A stretch of DNA of 64,000 bases from an uncultured Acidobacteriota bacterium (GCA_963708285.1 CAVPSF010000001.1:99479-163478); one strand, 5' to 3'; counted from the stretch's first letter, positions 22,095-33,654 are shown. Program-made: numbers and translations. Notes: generated from the sequence alone by a model not told the origin.

Positions 22095-23480
22095 TTACTT
22101 CGATTCCCCGCTCGCGTCATATTGCGTCACGTCGCCAAACAACGCGGCTTGCGCGGCCACATGTTCGCGATCGCCCACCACGACGATTTGCGCGTTTGCC
22201 GAATCGAAATAGCGGCGCGCGGCCAGAAGAACATCGTCGGCCGTGAGCGCCCGGATTTTCTGGCGGTAGGTTTCCAGGTAATCCTCGGGCAAACGGTCGA
22301 GATAGACGGTGGAAAGCTGTCCGAGGAGTCCATCCTGCGTAGCCACGCCGAGCGAGAAAACGCCGCTCATGTAACTGCGCGCGCTTTCAAGTTCCTCATC
22401 GCTGACCGGCAGGGAGCGCATGCGATCCATTTCATAGAATATTTCGGTGAGCGTAGCCGCGGCCACTTCATTGCGCACCGCGGCGTGAACGCTGAAATAT
22501 CCATGCTGACGCAGGGGGACCGCGCCGCTGCGCGGGCTGTAGGTGTAGCCCTTCTGCTCGCGAATATTGATCACCAGCCGGGAATGAAACGCGCCGCCAA
22601 AAATTGTATTCGCCAGCGCCAGCCGAGGCCAATGGGGATCCTGGCGATTGATGGCCAGATTGCCGATGGTCACTTGCGTTTGCACCGCGCCAGGAAGGTG
22701 CACGAAGTGAACATGGCGTCCCGCAAAATGCGGCGGGGCCGGCGAAGCGGGAATTTCCGGCTGCGGCGCTTTCCAGTCGCCAAACGTTTTTTCGATTTCG
22801 TCGAGCATGGAATCGGCCGCGAAATCTCCCACGAAAATCAGCAGCGCGTTCGAAGGGACATACTGCCGGCGGTAAAAATCAGAAAGCTGGTCGACGCGGT
22901 AGGAGGCCACCTGCTCCTCCGTGGGCGCGACGATGGCGTAGGGATGCGCGCCGAAAAGTACTCGGCGCAGGCGTTCGGAGGCCAGAAAGCTGGGAGTGGT
23001 GCGCTCGATGCGCAATTCCTCTAACTTTTGGCGGCGCTCGCGCTCGAATTCTTCCGCGGGAAAGGAAGCGTGGCGCGCAAGATCGGCCATCAATGCCAGC
23101 ATCCCCGATGAAAATTCGGCTAGCCCGGAGATGGAAATCGCGCTGGTATCGGCTCCGGCATGAGTGCCCAGGCTCGCTCCCATGCGGCGCAAATCCTCTT
23201 CGATGCGGCGGCTCGGACGCGATTCCGTGCCGGTGCGGACCACCGTGGCGCAAATGTCCGCCAGGCCGGGAGCCTGATGAGCCACCAACGCGTTTCCGCT
23301 GCGGAAGAAAAGCTGCCCCGTGATTTTCGGGAAATTGCGCGCCTCGGCAAGCACCACTTGCATGCCGTTGCCGAGCGTTTTCTTCGTGAGCTTGGGCCAG
23401 GAGACGGGACGTTCCGCGCCGAGAGGCGGAGCGGTTGACACGCCGGGAGTGGATGCGGGGGATGTGCGCGAAGCGGTCAT
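22095..23480 (-). CDS. M16 (pitrilysin/insulinase) family peptidase, non-catalytic-type subunit (no HxxEH)
   Basis: The start at MTASRTS… overlaps the stop of the upstream M16 gene (ATGA). M16 fold sequence is present, but no HxxEH motif is at the expected N-terminal position. Confidence 0.75.
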   Translation of the reverse strand: MTASRTSPASTPGVSTAPPLGAERPVSWPKLTKKTLGNGMQVVLAEARNFPKITGQLFFRSGNALVAHQAPGLADICATVVRTGTESRPSRRIEEDLRRMGASLGTHAGADTSAISISGLAEFSSGMLALMADLARHASFPAEEFERERRQKLEELRIERTTPSFLASERLRRVLFGAHPYAIVAPTEEQVASYRVDQLSDFYRRQYVPSNALLIFVGDFAADSMLDEIEKTFGDWKAPQPEIPASPAPPHFAGRHVHFVHLPGAVQTQVTIGNLAINRQDPHWPRLALANTIFGGAFHSRLVINIREQKGYTYSPRSGAVPLRQHGYFSVHAAVRNEVAAATLTEIFYEMDRMRSLPVSDEELESARSYMSGVFSLGVATQDGLLGQLSTVYLDRLPEDYLETYRQKIRALTADDVLLAARRYFDSANAQIVVVGDREHVAAQAALFGDVTQYDASGESK

Positions 23481-24781
23481 TGGGCTGCTCCCAGGGCCAC
23501 GGGACGCCGCATGAGAATGGCGCGGTTCGCGGGCACAAGATATTTTCGAGCGGCGGCCTGAGCTTCGGCCGGAGTGACGGCTAGAAATCCATCGAGCGCG
23601 GTATTGATGCGTTGGGGATCGCCGTCGAAGAGCGTGAAGCACGCCAGGTAATGCATTAGGCCAAATCGCGGCATGCCGTAACCCATGCCGCCTTCGAGCG
23701 AAGAATAATAATCCGCGCGCAATTTCACTTTGACCGGGTCCAGCTCATCCTCCGCGATTCCTTTTTCCTGCAATTCGCGGATGATGTGGTCATACGCGGC
23801 GATGGCGGCATCGGCGGTATATTCCGGCTTATGGAAAATGCGCGAGACCATTTGCGTGGGGCCGTTGGCATCCACGGTATCGAGACTTCCATCGGCTTCC
23901 ACGGCAATTTGTTTTTCGAGGACCAGCGTGCGGTGCACGCGGCCAGCCCGCCCGCCGTGCAGGACGCGGTCGAGAATCGACATGGCGTGCCAATCGGGCG
24001 TGCCGCGGGGAGGAGCGGTGTAGCCGATGGCCATGGCCGGCAAGGGCCCGAATTTTTCGGGGATTTCCGCGCGGCGCTCCTCGGTTTGCGGAGGCTCGGA
24101 AACATCGGCGCGCGGAGGCAGAGCCTGCGCGGGAATATTTTCGAAATATTTGCGTGCCAGCGCGAAAGCTTCGGAGACATCGAAATCGCCGGCTATGACC
24201 AGCACGGCGTTATTCGGCGCGTAATACGTGTGGAAAAAATCGCGCACATCGGCGAGCGTGGCGGCGTCGAGGTCGGCAAAATCCCCGTAAAAATTATGGG
24301 CATTGGGCCAATTACGGAAGGCCACGGGAGGAAGGTCGAGCCAGGGAAATCCGCCGTAGGGCTCGTTCATCACGTTGACGCGGACTTCCTCCTTCACTAC
24401 GTCGCGCTGGTTCCGCAAGTTTTCGTCGTCCACTTTGAGCGCGCGCATGCGGTCCGCCTCGAGCCACAGGATGCGTTCCAGGGCGTTCGAAGGCACGGAT
24501 TCAAAATAGTTCGTGACGTCGTGGGATGTGGTGCCATTCAAAACGCCGCCGGAAGAATTGACCAGCCGGATATGCTCCATTTTTCCGGCATGTTCCGAGC
24601 CTTGAAACATCATGTGCTCGAAGAGATGCGCGAAACCGCTGCGACCGCGCGGTTCCAGGCGAAATCCAATTTGGTAATACACGCCGACGGTAACCACCGG
24701 CGCCGAACGGTCCGGCGAGACCACCACACGCAAGCCATTGGCCAACGTCGTATGCTCGACGGGAATATGAAGCTTCTTCAC
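23477..24781 (-). CDS. M16 family zinc peptidase, catalytic-type subunit
   Basis: 434-aa ORF with the inverted zinc motif HLFEHMMFQGS (HxxEH). Its GTG start overlaps the stop of the upstream gene. Confidence 0.85.
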   Translation of the reverse strand: MKKLHIPVEHTTLANGLRVVVSPDRSAPVVTVGVYYQIGFRLEPRGRSGFAHLFEHMMFQGSEHAGKMEHIRLVNSSGGVLNGTTSHDVTNYFESVPSNALERILWLEADRMRALKVDDENLRNQRDVVKEEVRVNVMNEPYGGFPWLDLPPVAFRNWPNAHNFYGDFADLDAATLADVRDFFHTYYAPNNAVLVIAGDFDVSEAFALARKYFENIPAQALPPRADVSEPPQTEERRAEIPEKFGPLPAMAIGYTAPPRGTPDWHAMSILDRVLHGGRAGRVHRTLVLEKQIAVEADGSLDTVDANGPTQMVSRIFHKPEYTADAAIAAYDHIIRELQEKGIAEDELDPVKVKLRADYYSSLEGGMGYGMPRFGLMHYLACFTLFDGDPQRINTALDGFLAVTPAEAQAAARKYLVPANRAILMRRPVALGAAQ

Positions 24782-25656
24782 TGCGATCCTCCCCTGGAAA
24801 TAGAAAACACTTTCTTGAGTTCGCGAATCACGGACTCAGGTTTCCGCGACAAAACTCTGGCGGAAAGCAGCGCCAGCGCATCATACGCCGCCAACAACTC
24901 GACCGGCTCCGAACGCAAAGCTCGGCGATGCCGCGCGACCGTGGCAAAGTCGCCGCGAGGAATGGGGCCGGTCCAGGCCGCGCGAGGTCCGATCTGTTCA
25001 TAATTATCGAGCATTTGGCGCACTAGCGGAAGCAAGGTCGCCACTGCGCGGCGTCGCGTGAATCCGCAACGCATCAAGATTTGCGCGGCGCCTTCCACCA
25101 GACCCAGCGCATGACCCGCCACCAGCGCGCCCGCCGCATGATATGCGGGCTTGCGCGCGCCTTCGATTTCGACGGGAATTCCGCCCAGCGCGCGGGCAAT
25201 CTTTCGAGCTGCGCTTTGCGCCCGCGGATGGCCTTCGATCGCGAAAATCACGTTCTTGAGCCGCGGGGTTCCGCGCACGCCAAACGTCTGCATCGGATGC
25301 AAGGAGCCGGTGGAAGCTCCCTGACGCGCGAGTGGAGCAAGGACCTTTTGGTCGAGCGCGCCGCTGGTGTGCAGAACGATCTTGCCGCGGCAATGCGCGC
25401 CGCCAATTTTCGCAAGCGCCCGCGCGACGTCCGCAATCTGCCCATCGGGCACGGCCAACAGGATTGTATCGGCTTCAAATACTCGCGGCGTTAACTTTCC
25501 GTAGGGCTCGCCAGCGCCGATGGCCCGCACGGCGGCGCGGGCCGTGGGCGACGAGCGCGTGACCACCGCGCCCACGCGCCAGCCCAGCGCGCTCAATCGC
25601 TTTCCAAACGCGCTTCCCAGGCGCCCGGCGCCGACAATGGAAAGAGTGCGAGACAT
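24778..25656 (-). CDS. Rossmann-fold NAD(P)-binding protein with DUF2520-like C-terminal domain
   Basis: The start is MSRTLSIVGAGRLGSAFG (GxGxxG). The overall length and C-terminal half resemble the DUF2520 family of predicted oxidoreductases. Confidence 0.65.
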   Translation of the reverse strand: MSRTLSIVGAGRLGSAFGKRLSALGWRVGAVVTRSSPTARAAVRAIGAGEPYGKLTPRVFEADTILLAVPDGQIADVARALAKIGGAHCRGKIVLHTSGALDQKVLAPLARQGASTGSLHPMQTFGVRGTPRLKNVIFAIEGHPRAQSAARKIARALGGIPVEIEGARKPAYHAAGALVAGHALGLVEGAAQILMRCGFTRRRAVATLLPLVRQMLDNYEQIGPRAAWTGPIPRGDFATVARHRRALRSEPVELLAAYDALALLSARVLSRKPESVIRELKKVFSISRGGSQ

Positions 25657-25709
25657 GCAGCGTGATAGCATAACTTGATACTTCCGTTTATGGTGGAGGA
25701 AATTGCGCG

Positions 25710-26864
25710 GTGCATTATATCGTCACAGTGGTTTTAGGAATCGCGGCGCTGCTGTGGATCGTATGCGCTTGGGCTTTTGTGCGCGGAGTGCCAACGATTC
25801 CTTCGATTGCCGATGTGATCCCGCTCGAAGATGAAAAATGTCCCGCGATTTCGATTTTGTTCGCGGCGCGCGACGAAGCCGAAAAACTTCCCGCGGCGCT
25901 CGAGACCATGTTGGCTCTCGATTATCCGCGCTACGAAGTAGTGGCTGCGGATGACCGCTCCGAAGACGCGACGGAAGAGATTTTGCGGCAGGCCGCGGAG
26001 CGGGACGCGCGGCTCAAACGCGTGCGCATCGATTCCCTTCCCGCGGGCTGGCTGGGCAAGCCGCATGCTCTCGAAAAAGCCTTCGAGAATTCCTCGGGCG
26101 AGTGGCTGGTATTCACCGACGCGGATGTGCATTTCGAGCCCGACGTGCTGCGGCGAGCAATCGCGCTGGCCGAATCGCGCGGATGGGATCACATGCCCCT
26201 GCTGGGACGCCCGAAGATGCATGGTCTGGGCGAAAAAATCGCGATGACGTTTTTCGGAATTGGTTTTCTTGTGGGGATTCGACCCTGGAGCGCCAGCAAC
26301 CCGAATTCGCGGGCCTATGCCGGAGTGGGCGCATTTCAATTGATTCGCCGAAGCGCTTACGTGGCCATCGGAACGCACCGCCGCCTGGCCATGGAAGTGA
26401 TCGACGACGTGAAGCTCGGAAAAATGGTGAAAGAGGGAGGATTCCGTTCAGGCGTGGCCAAGGCTGGAACGGCGGTGATGGTTCACTGGCACGCGGGAAT
26501 TCGCAACATGGTGCGCGGCACGGAAAAGAATTTTTTCGCAGCCTCGGGATTCAGGCTTCCGGTGACGCTGATGCAAATTCTGGGATTGCTGTATCTGAGC
26601 GTGTTTCCGTGGGTGGCCGTCTGGTTTGTGCACGGCTGGCCATTCTGGTTTGCTTGCGTCTGCGTGGGCATCGCGATCCTCGCGCACGCTTCGGTGGCCA
26701 TTGAATTTGGCGTTTCGCCGATCTATGCACTTTCGCATCCGCTGGGAGCGCTGATTTACGCATGGATGCTTGGGAATTCGACGGTGGCCACGCTGCGCCA
26801 CGGGGGAATCACCTGGCGCGGCACTTTTTATCCCCTCGAGGAATTGAAACGCGGTGTGGTCTGA
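25710..26864 (+). CDS. Membrane-anchored family 2 glycosyltransferase
   Basis: ISILFAARDEAEKLP…LDYPRYEVVAADDRSEDAT…FTDADV (GT-A DxD region), flanked by N- and C-terminal TM segments. Confidence 0.75.
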   Translation: MHYIVTVVLGIAALLWIVCAWAFVRGVPTIPSIADVIPLEDEKCPAISILFAARDEAEKLPAALETMLALDYPRYEVVAADDRSEDATEEILRQAAERDARLKRVRIDSLPAGWLGKPHALEKAFENSSGEWLVFTDADVHFEPDVLRRAIALAESRGWDHMPLLGRPKMHGLGEKIAMTFFGIGFLVGIRPWSASNPNSRAYAGVGAFQLIRRSAYVAIGTHRRLAMEVIDDVKLGKMVKEGGFRSGVAKAGTAVMVHWHAGIRNMVRGTEKNFFAASGFRLPVTLMQILGLLYLSVFPWVAVWFVHGWPFWFACVCVGIAILAHASVAIEFGVSPIYALSHPLGALIYAWMLGNSTVATLRHGGITWRGTFYPLEELKRGVV

Positions 26865-26912
26865 TTTTTCGTTTTTTGCATCGCCGATATATCTCCCGGC
26901 ACGTAGCGCTTA

Positions 26913-28958
26913 TCAACCGGCAGGATTTTCCTTCGAGGAATCCTTCGCCGGATCGAGCGTGGTGGCGATGACGCCGAGGTCGCGCTGCTTCAGCGAGCGG
27001 ATGCGGTCACGCAATCCCGCGGCGCGCTCGAATTCAAAATTCTTGGCCGCCGCGCGCATCTGCGATTCCATTTGGACGATGGCTTGCTGCAATTGCGCTT
27101 CGCTGGAAATATCGCCGATGGCCGCGTCGTCCACAGGAATAGGCAGGTAATCGGCTTCAATAATCCGCGCCAGGGACATATCGAGGGACTTAACGATGGA
27201 GAGCGGCGTGATGTGGTGCTCGCGGTTATAGGCTTCCTGCTTGGCGCGGCGGCGGCTGGTTTCGCCCATGGCCTGGCGCATGGAATCGGTCATGGTGTCG
27301 GCGTAGAGAATCGCGCGCGCGTCAAGGTGCCGGGCGCATCGCCCGATGGTCTGCACCAGGGAAGTAGCGCTGCGCAGATAGCCTTCCTTGTCCGCATCCA
27401 GGATGGCCACCAGTGAAACTTCCGGCAAATCGAGTCCTTCGCGAAGCAGGTTGATGCCGATCAGGGCATCGAATTCTCCGCGGCGCAAATCGCGCAGGAT
27501 GCGCACGCGCTCGAGCGTCTCGATTTCCGAATGCAAGTAGCGGCAACGCACTCCCACCTCCGCGAAATATTCGGCCAGGTCCTCGGACATGCGCTTGGTG
27601 AGCGTGGTGACCAGCACGCGCTGGTTGCGCTTCGCACGGATGCGGATTTCCTCCAACAAATCGTCCACCTGCCCTTTCACCGGACGCACTTCCACTTCCG
27701 GGTCCACCAGCCCCGTGGGGCGAATCACCTGCTCCACCACGGCTCCTCCCGTCTTGGTCAATTCATAAGGGCCCGGTGTGGCGGATACGTAGATCACTTG
27801 ATTGGTGCGGTGCTCGAATTCCTCGAAGGTGAGCGGGCGATTGTCCAGGGCAGAAGGCATGCGGAAGCCGTAATTCACCAGATTCTGCTTTCGCGAGCGG
27901 TCGCCATGATACATGCCGCGAATCTGCGGAATGGTTTGGTGCGATTCATCGACGAAGAGCAAGTAATCATGCGGCACATAATCGAAAAGCGTGGGAGGAG
28001 CTTCGCCGGGCAAGCGTCCGGAAAGGTGCCGCGAATAATTCTCGATGCCATGGCAATAGCCGATGGTGCGCATCATTTCGATGTCGAAGTGCGTGCGCTG
28101 CACCACACGCTGCGATTCCACGATCTTGCCCTGTTTCGCAAGCTCCCCTTTCCACCATTCCAGCTCTTCATAAATCGTCTGGATGGCGCGCTCTCTCTGC
28201 TCGGCGGGCAGGACGTAATGCGTCTTGGGATAAATCGGGATGCGCGCCACTTCTCCATCGCGGGAACGGATCTCGCCGGTGAGCGGATCGATCTTGCGGA
28301 TGGCCTCAATTTGCGTGCCCCACAATTCGACGCGCACCGCGAAGTCCTCGTAGGGCGGGTAAATCTCAATCATGTCGCCGCGCACGCGGAAAGTCCCGCG
28401 GCGCAGATCTTCGGCGCGCTCGTATTGAATTTCCACCAGCTTGCGAAGAATGGCTTCGCGCGCGATGGACTGGCCTTTTTCGAGCATGAGCATCATTCCG
28501 TAGTACGCCTCGGGTGAGCCCAGGCCGTAAATGCAGGAAACGGAGGCGATGACGATGACGTCGCGGCGCTCGAAGAGCGAGCGCGTGGCGCTCATGCGCA
28601 GCTTGTCAAGTTCGTCGTTGATCGTGGCTTCTTTTTCGATGTAAGTGTCGCTCGAAGGCACATAGGCCTCGGGCTGGTAATAATCGTAATAGCTGACGAA
28701 ATATTCCACGGCGTTCTGCGGAAAAAAGGTACGGAACTCATGGAACAACTGCGCGGCGAGGGTCTTATTGTGCGCCATGACGATGGCCGGGCGGTTCGCG
28801 GCCTCGATGAGCTTGGCCATGGTGAAAGTCTTTCCCGAGCCGGTGACGCCGAGAAGGACCTGCTGGCGTTCACCGTCCTGGATGCCGCGAAAAAGCTTGG
28901 CGATGGCGTCGGGCTGGTCTCCGCGAGGTTCGTAATCACTGGCTAATTTAAAGTCCAT
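26913..28958 (-). CDS. uvrB: Excinuclease ABC subunit B
   Basis: 681-aa [27 protein letters not shown], helicase motifs and a C-terminal UVR domain (…[13 protein letters not shown]…) are present. Confidence 0.95.
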   Translation of the reverse strand: MDFKLASDYEPRGDQPDAIAKLFRGIQDGERQQVLLGVTGSGKTFTMAKLIEAANRPAIVMAHNKTLAAQLFHEFRTFFPQNAVEYFVSYYDYYQPEAYVPSSDTYIEKEATINDELDKLRMSATRSLFERRDVIVIASVSCIYGLGSPEAYYGMMLMLEKGQSIAREAILRKLVEIQYERAEDLRRGTFRVRGDMIEIYPPYEDFAVRVELWGTQIEAIRKIDPLTGEIRSRDGEVARIPIYPKTHYVLPAEQRERAIQTIYEELEWWKGELAKQGKIVESQRVVQRTHFDIEMMRTIGYCHGIENYSRHLSGRLPGEAPPTLFDYVPHDYLLFVDESHQTIPQIRGMYHGDRSRKQNLVNYGFRMPSALDNRPLTFEEFEHRTNQVIYVSATPGPYELTKTGGAVVEQVIRPTGLVDPEVEVRPVKGQVDDLLEEIRIRAKRNQRVLVTTLTKRMSEDLAEYFAEVGVRCRYLHSEIETLERVRILRDLRRGEFDALIGINLLREGLDLPEVSLVAILDADKEGYLRSATSLVQTIGRCARHLDARAILYADTMTDSMRQAMGETSRRRAKQEAYNREHHITPLSIVKSLDMSLARIIEADYLPIPVDDAAIGDISSEAQLQQAIVQMESQMRAAAKNFEFERAAGLRDRIRSLKQRDLGVIATTLDPAKDSSKENPAG

Positions 28959-29059
28959 GGTCCGGCGGCCTCAGTAAGAATTGGGAGCTGCATGGAAAAC
29001 TTTAATTATAACTCATGCCGGGGGGTGCCGCGGAAGCGCGTCGCGATGGCCAAGGGACG

Positions 29060-30091
29060 CTAGGGTTTTTGCCCGGCGGAAGAAGGTGAGGGCAGAAGAC
29101 TGATTTGCAACTGGCTCTGCACGCTGCCCTGGTAATGGAGGACCGAACCGGTGCGCGTGCTTTTGATTTCGTAATCCATTTTCTGCGAAGTGGTTGCCGT
29201 CGAGACCACCAGCATTCCGGTGGTGAGGGAAATGGAATCGAGGCTTTCGCCCGAGCCATTCCAAATTCCCGAGGTGCGCAAGCTGTTGCGGAGATAATCG
29301 TCCGGAGTGGCATCGGCATGCGGCGAACCGTGGCGAATGATTTCGAGCCGCGTGAGAATCACCGCACAAGTATCCTCGGGCGCCGCGGGAACCGCAGGTC
29401 CGCCGGAAGATGCCGCTGCATCGGTAGCCTCCGCGCCGCCTGCTTGCGATGGGTTCGCGGCGCGGCATGGTTCATCGCGCAGGTAAGACGATTCCGTGCG
29501 CCAGGCGAGATTTTTCAGCGGGGCGCCTTCGATGGGCTTTTCGCCCGTCCATTTTTCTCCGATGGCAATGCCCTGCTTTGGCAGGCCCGCTCCCGAAGTA
29601 ACGCCCGCCATCCACTCGCGTACGGATTGCGAAGCCCCGGGCTTCGAGAAAATGTCTTCGATGCCGGTCATGCTGGAAATGCCGCCGTCGGGCTCGATGG
29701 TGAACTCCATGGAATGCCCCTCGAGTTGCGCGTATTGATCGTCGAGAGCGGCGGCTTGCGGGTCATAGGCATCGCTTTGCGAGGTGGCGCGAGATTGTTC
29801 GTAGGTGACGCGAAGGCGGGTGCGAGGAAAAGTTCCCGCTGCGGCGCTTGCCACGTCCAGCACATCGAAGCGGACGATCAAACTCGCGCCCTGCGTCGCG
29901 CTAGAGGCGCCTTCGGGATTGATGATGGGCGAAGTGGTATTTCCTTTGGTGGTGCTCTGCGTCTCGATTTGATAGCGGAAGGACTGGCCGTCGGAAAATC
30001 GCGGCAGGAGAAATATTTTGCGCGCAGCAGCCGCGGAAAAGGCCATGACCACAATCAAGAATCCCGCAACGGAGCGAAGCAGCGCGCGCAT
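29060..30091 (-). CDS. Secreted hypothetical protein (no recognisable domain)
   Basis: The start is taken at MRALLRSVAGFLIVVMAFSAAAA (signal-like). It is co-directional with and immediately downstream of the asmA-like gene. The ORF track begins at 30160. Confidence 0.55.
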   Translation of the reverse strand: MRALLRSVAGFLIVVMAFSAAAARKIFLLPRFSDGQSFRYQIETQSTTKGNTTSPIINPEGASSATQGASLIVRFDVLDVASAAAGTFPRTRLRVTYEQSRATSQSDAYDPQAAALDDQYAQLEGHSMEFTIEPDGGISSMTGIEDIFSKPGASQSVREWMAGVTSGAGLPKQGIAIGEKWTGEKPIEGAPLKNLAWRTESSYLRDEPCRAANPSQAGGAEATDAAASSGGPAVPAAPEDTCAVILTRLEIIRHGSPHADATPDDYLRNSLRTSGIWNGSGESLDSISLTTGMLVVSTATTSQKMDYEIKSTRTGSVLHYQGSVQSQLQISLLPSPSSAGQKP

Positions 30092-30169
30092 GGCGCTTAC
30101 CCCGCGATCAGAAATCGAGAGCATCGAAGAAAAGCTAGCACATGCACTGAGGGGTGGCAAACGGACGAA

Positions 30170-32806
30170 TCAGCGGCGGGGTAAGGCGCGCGCCACGCGG
30201 GTGATTTGCGGAGCGGCCAGCGATCCACCGAAGCGAAATATTTCCTCCGTGCCGCCGGCGCCGGAGGGATTTTCCGCCTCGCGCAGCGGAAAAAGCGTGA
30301 GGCGCAAATCGAGATTTCTTGCGAAGTCGGCCGTGCCGGAAGCGTCGATTTCTCCACCCGGCCCCAGCAGCATCAGATTTTGAAACGAAAGTTTTCCAGC
30401 GCCGCAAGAAAAGGCGGCGGAGGCTTCGCGAAAATTGCTGGCTCCAGGGCGCACCGCGGCGGCACGCAGGGATTCGAATAGATTCATGCCACGGATTTCG
30501 GCGGCGCTCACCCGCGCCGCGCCATGGCACTCGAGCGAATTCACCAGATCCGATCGCGAGGCGCCGCGCGCCGTCAGCGAAAGATCGCCTGAAAGCGAAC
30601 CCGCGAAATGGCCCGCCAGGCTCGGGAACGGCGCCGTGAGCGAAGCGAGATCCGCATGCGTCAGATTCACATCCACTTGATAAGAAGGAATGGATTCGAG
30701 ATTTGCAAGGAGCGACCCCTTCGCTTCGCCGCCGTACACTTCGCCATGCGCATTTTGCAGCTCGATGCGCCGCCCTTCGATTTTCAAATCGCCTTCCAGC
30801 TTCCGCAGCGTGACGGGCGCGAGGTCGAATTGATCTAGGCTGATGCGTCCTCCGGCCCGTAGATTTTCCGGAACGGCGTTGGCGGAAGAATGTGGATTCA
30901 GGAACGGCAGGAATCTATCGAGAAAACTTTCGCGCCAGCGCGGGTTGAGCCAGCGATCCAGATCGGCCGCGGAGGAATGATCGGCGGCAAGCGCAAATTT
31001 CCATTCCGCCGCGTCTTTGTCGCGATCAAATGTGCCGCTCCAATGCGCGCCAAAGGCCTGCGCGGAGGCGAGCGAGATGCGGCGACCTCCTGTCTGCCAA
31101 TCGGCACGCGCGCGAATCTGTTCGACCGGCTGATTGAGGAACGGCGTGCGCAAGGAAGCGGCGCCGCTTTCGCCGCCCCAATCGAGCGACCCCACGGGCT
31201 CGACGAGCCACGGAGATTTCGCACCCTGCCAGCGCAAATCTCCGCGCAAAGGGCCTTCGAGGTCCCATCCGCGCGAAAGATTCCATCCGAAGGCTCCGGC
31301 CGTTGAGATTAGATCGCGTACATGCGCGATGCTTCCGGATATGCGCAGGTCAGCACTCTGTGGACCGCGCGCCTTGGCCGTGGATGTGAATTCGATGCGC
31401 AAAGAACCGTCGCGCGGTCCAAAAGAAAGAATCAACGGCGTCATGCGGAGAGCATTGCGGGTGAAGGTCGCCGTGGCGGCATTCACGCGCACCGGCACGC
31501 GCAGGCGCGCTCCGGTCAGCTCCCCACCGTCCAGCGAGACGGAGCCTTCGGCAGGCCAGGGAGGCCAACCGCGAAGCGCCATTTGCATTCGAGTGAAGCC
31601 GCGAAGCGCGATGTCGCCGGCCACGTCGGACCGGAAGGCGCGAACCCATGTCAGCAAATCACCAAGATCAATGCCGGGAGAATTCAATTGCAGTTCATTG
31701 GGGGCGGCGGCAATGCCGGAGGGCTTGCCTTGTCCGCTCCAGTCAATGATGCCGGAAATATCGGCGTGGGAATGAGGCGCATCGAGCGAGAGAGTGGTGA
31801 AATCGAGGAGAGAATCCTCGGAGTTCATTTCGGCTCGGGCTGTAATGTTCAGCGAAGGATTATCGGGCCGCGCCGTCAAATCCCAGCGATGCACCTGGCG
31901 CAACTGGGCGCTGCCGTCGAGTAGCCAGGCGTACCCTTCGGTGTGCGCTTCAACCGCCATGGAGACGAATCCGCGAATTCCGTAATCATTGTTGCGCACC
32001 AGGCGCAGAACGTCGGGAATCGAAGCATCGGTCCAGGAGAGTTGCAAAATGGCGGGTCGGAGGCGCGAAGATGTGCCGCCGAGATGGCCGGTGAGGTGCA
32101 GGGTGCCGGCCTGCTGCACGATCGCAGCGCCGCGATATGGGGAAGCGGATAAATCCAGTCGCCAGCGGCCGGGACTTTCCGTCTCCACCTCGCCTTGCAC
32201 GCCGATCAACGAAAATGGGAGTTTTGCGTCGCCGAGCTTGAAATCAATCCGCCCGCCGTCAATTTCGACCCGGCTGAACCGGAGCACCCGCGGAAAAGTT
32301 GCTGGAGCAGCAGGCGATGCCGCGGCGGCGCCGGGAACGGTGGGACGCGGCAGCCATTCAGCCAGATTCCAATCCCCCTCGGAATTTCGAACTAAATTCA
32401 GGCTGGGATTGGCGAGCGAGAGCGTGCCGAGATGAAAGCGCCCGCGCAGCAGGCCATGCCAGTCGAGTCGCACGGCGATTGATTGGGCGCGCAGAAAATA
32501 TTCGTTTCCGAAACGCGGGTCTTCGCCCACGGTCACCGACTCCGCCTCGAGCGCCGGGCCGCCGAGAAAACTCAGATCATAGCGGCCCACTTCCACGGGC
32601 CGGCCAAAAGCAGCGGAAAGATGCGCGGTGAGACGCGCTTTGAGCGAGGAATGCTGAATCACCAGGGAAGTTGCGATTCCCGCAAGCCACAAAAGCGCTC
32701 CCAGAATTAAAATCCATTTCGCCCAGCGGAGCCACGCTGGCGAACTCTCGCCCGCCGGAACAACCGGGGAGTTCGTTTCATCGATTTCAGGCTGGATATT
32801 GGACAA
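30170..32806 (-). CDS. AsmA-family outer-membrane biogenesis protein
   Basis: 878-aa ORF. It has an N-terminal TM anchor, then LTAHLSAAFGRPVEVGRYDLSF…, typical of AsmA/TamB-like N-termini, and a long beta-rich body. Confidence 0.7.
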   Translation of the reverse strand: MSNIQPEIDETNSPVVPAGESSPAWLRWAKWILILGALLWLAGIATSLVIQHSSLKARLTAHLSAAFGRPVEVGRYDLSFLGGPALEAESVTVGEDPRFGNEYFLRAQSIAVRLDWHGLLRGRFHLGTLSLANPSLNLVRNSEGDWNLAEWLPRPTVPGAAAASPAAPATFPRVLRFSRVEIDGGRIDFKLGDAKLPFSLIGVQGEVETESPGRWRLDLSASPYRGAAIVQQAGTLHLTGHLGGTSSRLRPAILQLSWTDASIPDVLRLVRNNDYGIRGFVSMAVEAHTEGYAWLLDGSAQLRQVHRWDLTARPDNPSLNITARAEMNSEDSLLDFTTLSLDAPHSHADISGIIDWSGQGKPSGIAAAPNELQLNSPGIDLGDLLTWVRAFRSDVAGDIALRGFTRMQMALRGWPPWPAEGSVSLDGGELTGARLRVPVRVNAATATFTRNALRMTPLILSFGPRDGSLRIEFTSTAKARGPQSADLRISGSIAHVRDLISTAGAFGWNLSRGWDLEGPLRGDLRWQGAKSPWLVEPVGSLDWGGESGAASLRTPFLNQPVEQIRARADWQTGGRRISLASAQAFGAHWSGTFDRDKDAAEWKFALAADHSSAADLDRWLNPRWRESFLDRFLPFLNPHSSANAVPENLRAGGRISLDQFDLAPVTLRKLEGDLKIEGRRIELQNAHGEVYGGEAKGSLLANLESIPSYQVDVNLTHADLASLTAPFPSLAGHFAGSLSGDLSLTARGASRSDLVNSLECHGAARVSAAEIRGMNLFESLRAAAVRPGASNFREASAAFSCGAGKLSFQNLMLLGPGGEIDASGTADFARNLDLRLTLFPLREAENPSGAGGTEEIFRFGGSLAAPQITRVARALPRR

Positions 32807-32850
32807 GGCGATGGGCGGCTCGCTACGAGATGCCAGCGATGGTAACGTTC

Positions 32851-33654
32851 CTAGTGGACCTCGCGCAACATGCGATGCCAGCGGGTGCGGCTCGGAAGAT
32901 GCAGCAGGGTTTGCTCCATGCCGCGGAGCGTCCCGAAGAGCGAGCGGTTGGCGTAATCGCCGCTCGAAGCGCGCACCGACCAGTAGATGAATATCGGCCG
33001 GCCCATGACGGCATCGCGATCGACGAATCCCCAGTAGCGGCTGTCCCAGCTGCGGTCGCGATTGTCTCCCATCACGAAATACTTGCCAGGCGGGATGACC
33101 AGTTCGTTGCTGTGAACGTAATTGAGAATTTCATTGGCCCATTCGCGGCGAAGCCCGGCCTCGAGGAAATAAGGTTCGACGGGAGGAAAATTGTCGCTGA
33201 AGGGATCATCCATGGCAGGGTCGTGAACCACGTAGGGCTCGAGGATGCGTTCTCCGTTGATAAATACCTGCTGGTCAATGATGCGCAAACGATCGCCAGG
33301 CAGCGCGATGACGCGTTTCACGTAGTAGGGATGATCGTCGAAGGGAAACTTGAAAACGACGATATCCCCGCGATGGATGGGGCGGTACGGCAGAATTTTT
33401 TCGTACCACGCGCCGCGCCCCTCGAAAATGAATTTGTTCACCAGCAGATGATCGCCCACCAGCAGCGTCGGCTGCATCGATTCCGAGGGAATCTTGAACG
33501 CCTGGACGATGAAAGTGGTGCCGAAAAGAGCCAGGAGAATGATGATGAGCAGGGATTCCGCGTATTCCAGGAACAAACTGCGGCGGTAAGGATCGGGCTC
33601 GTGAAACCGGGGAGTTTCCCCGGCGGAATCGGCGGTCATCTCAATGGAGTCCAT
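32851..33654 (-). CDS. lepB: Signal peptidase I
   Basis: SESMQPTL (catalytic Ser box), GDHLLVNKF and GDNRDRSWDSRYWGFV boxes are present. Confidence 0.9.
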   Translation of the reverse strand: MDSIEMTADSAGETPRFHEPDPYRRSLFLEYAESLLIIILLALFGTTFIVQAFKIPSESMQPTLLVGDHLLVNKFIFEGRGAWYEKILPYRPIHRGDIVVFKFPFDDHPYYVKRVIALPGDRLRIIDQQVFINGERILEPYVVHDPAMDDPFSDNFPPVEPYFLEAGLRREWANEILNYVHSNELVIPPGKYFVMGDNRDRSWDSRYWGFVDRDAVMGRPIFIYWSVRASSGDYANRSLFGTLRGMEQTLLHLPSRTRWHRMLREVH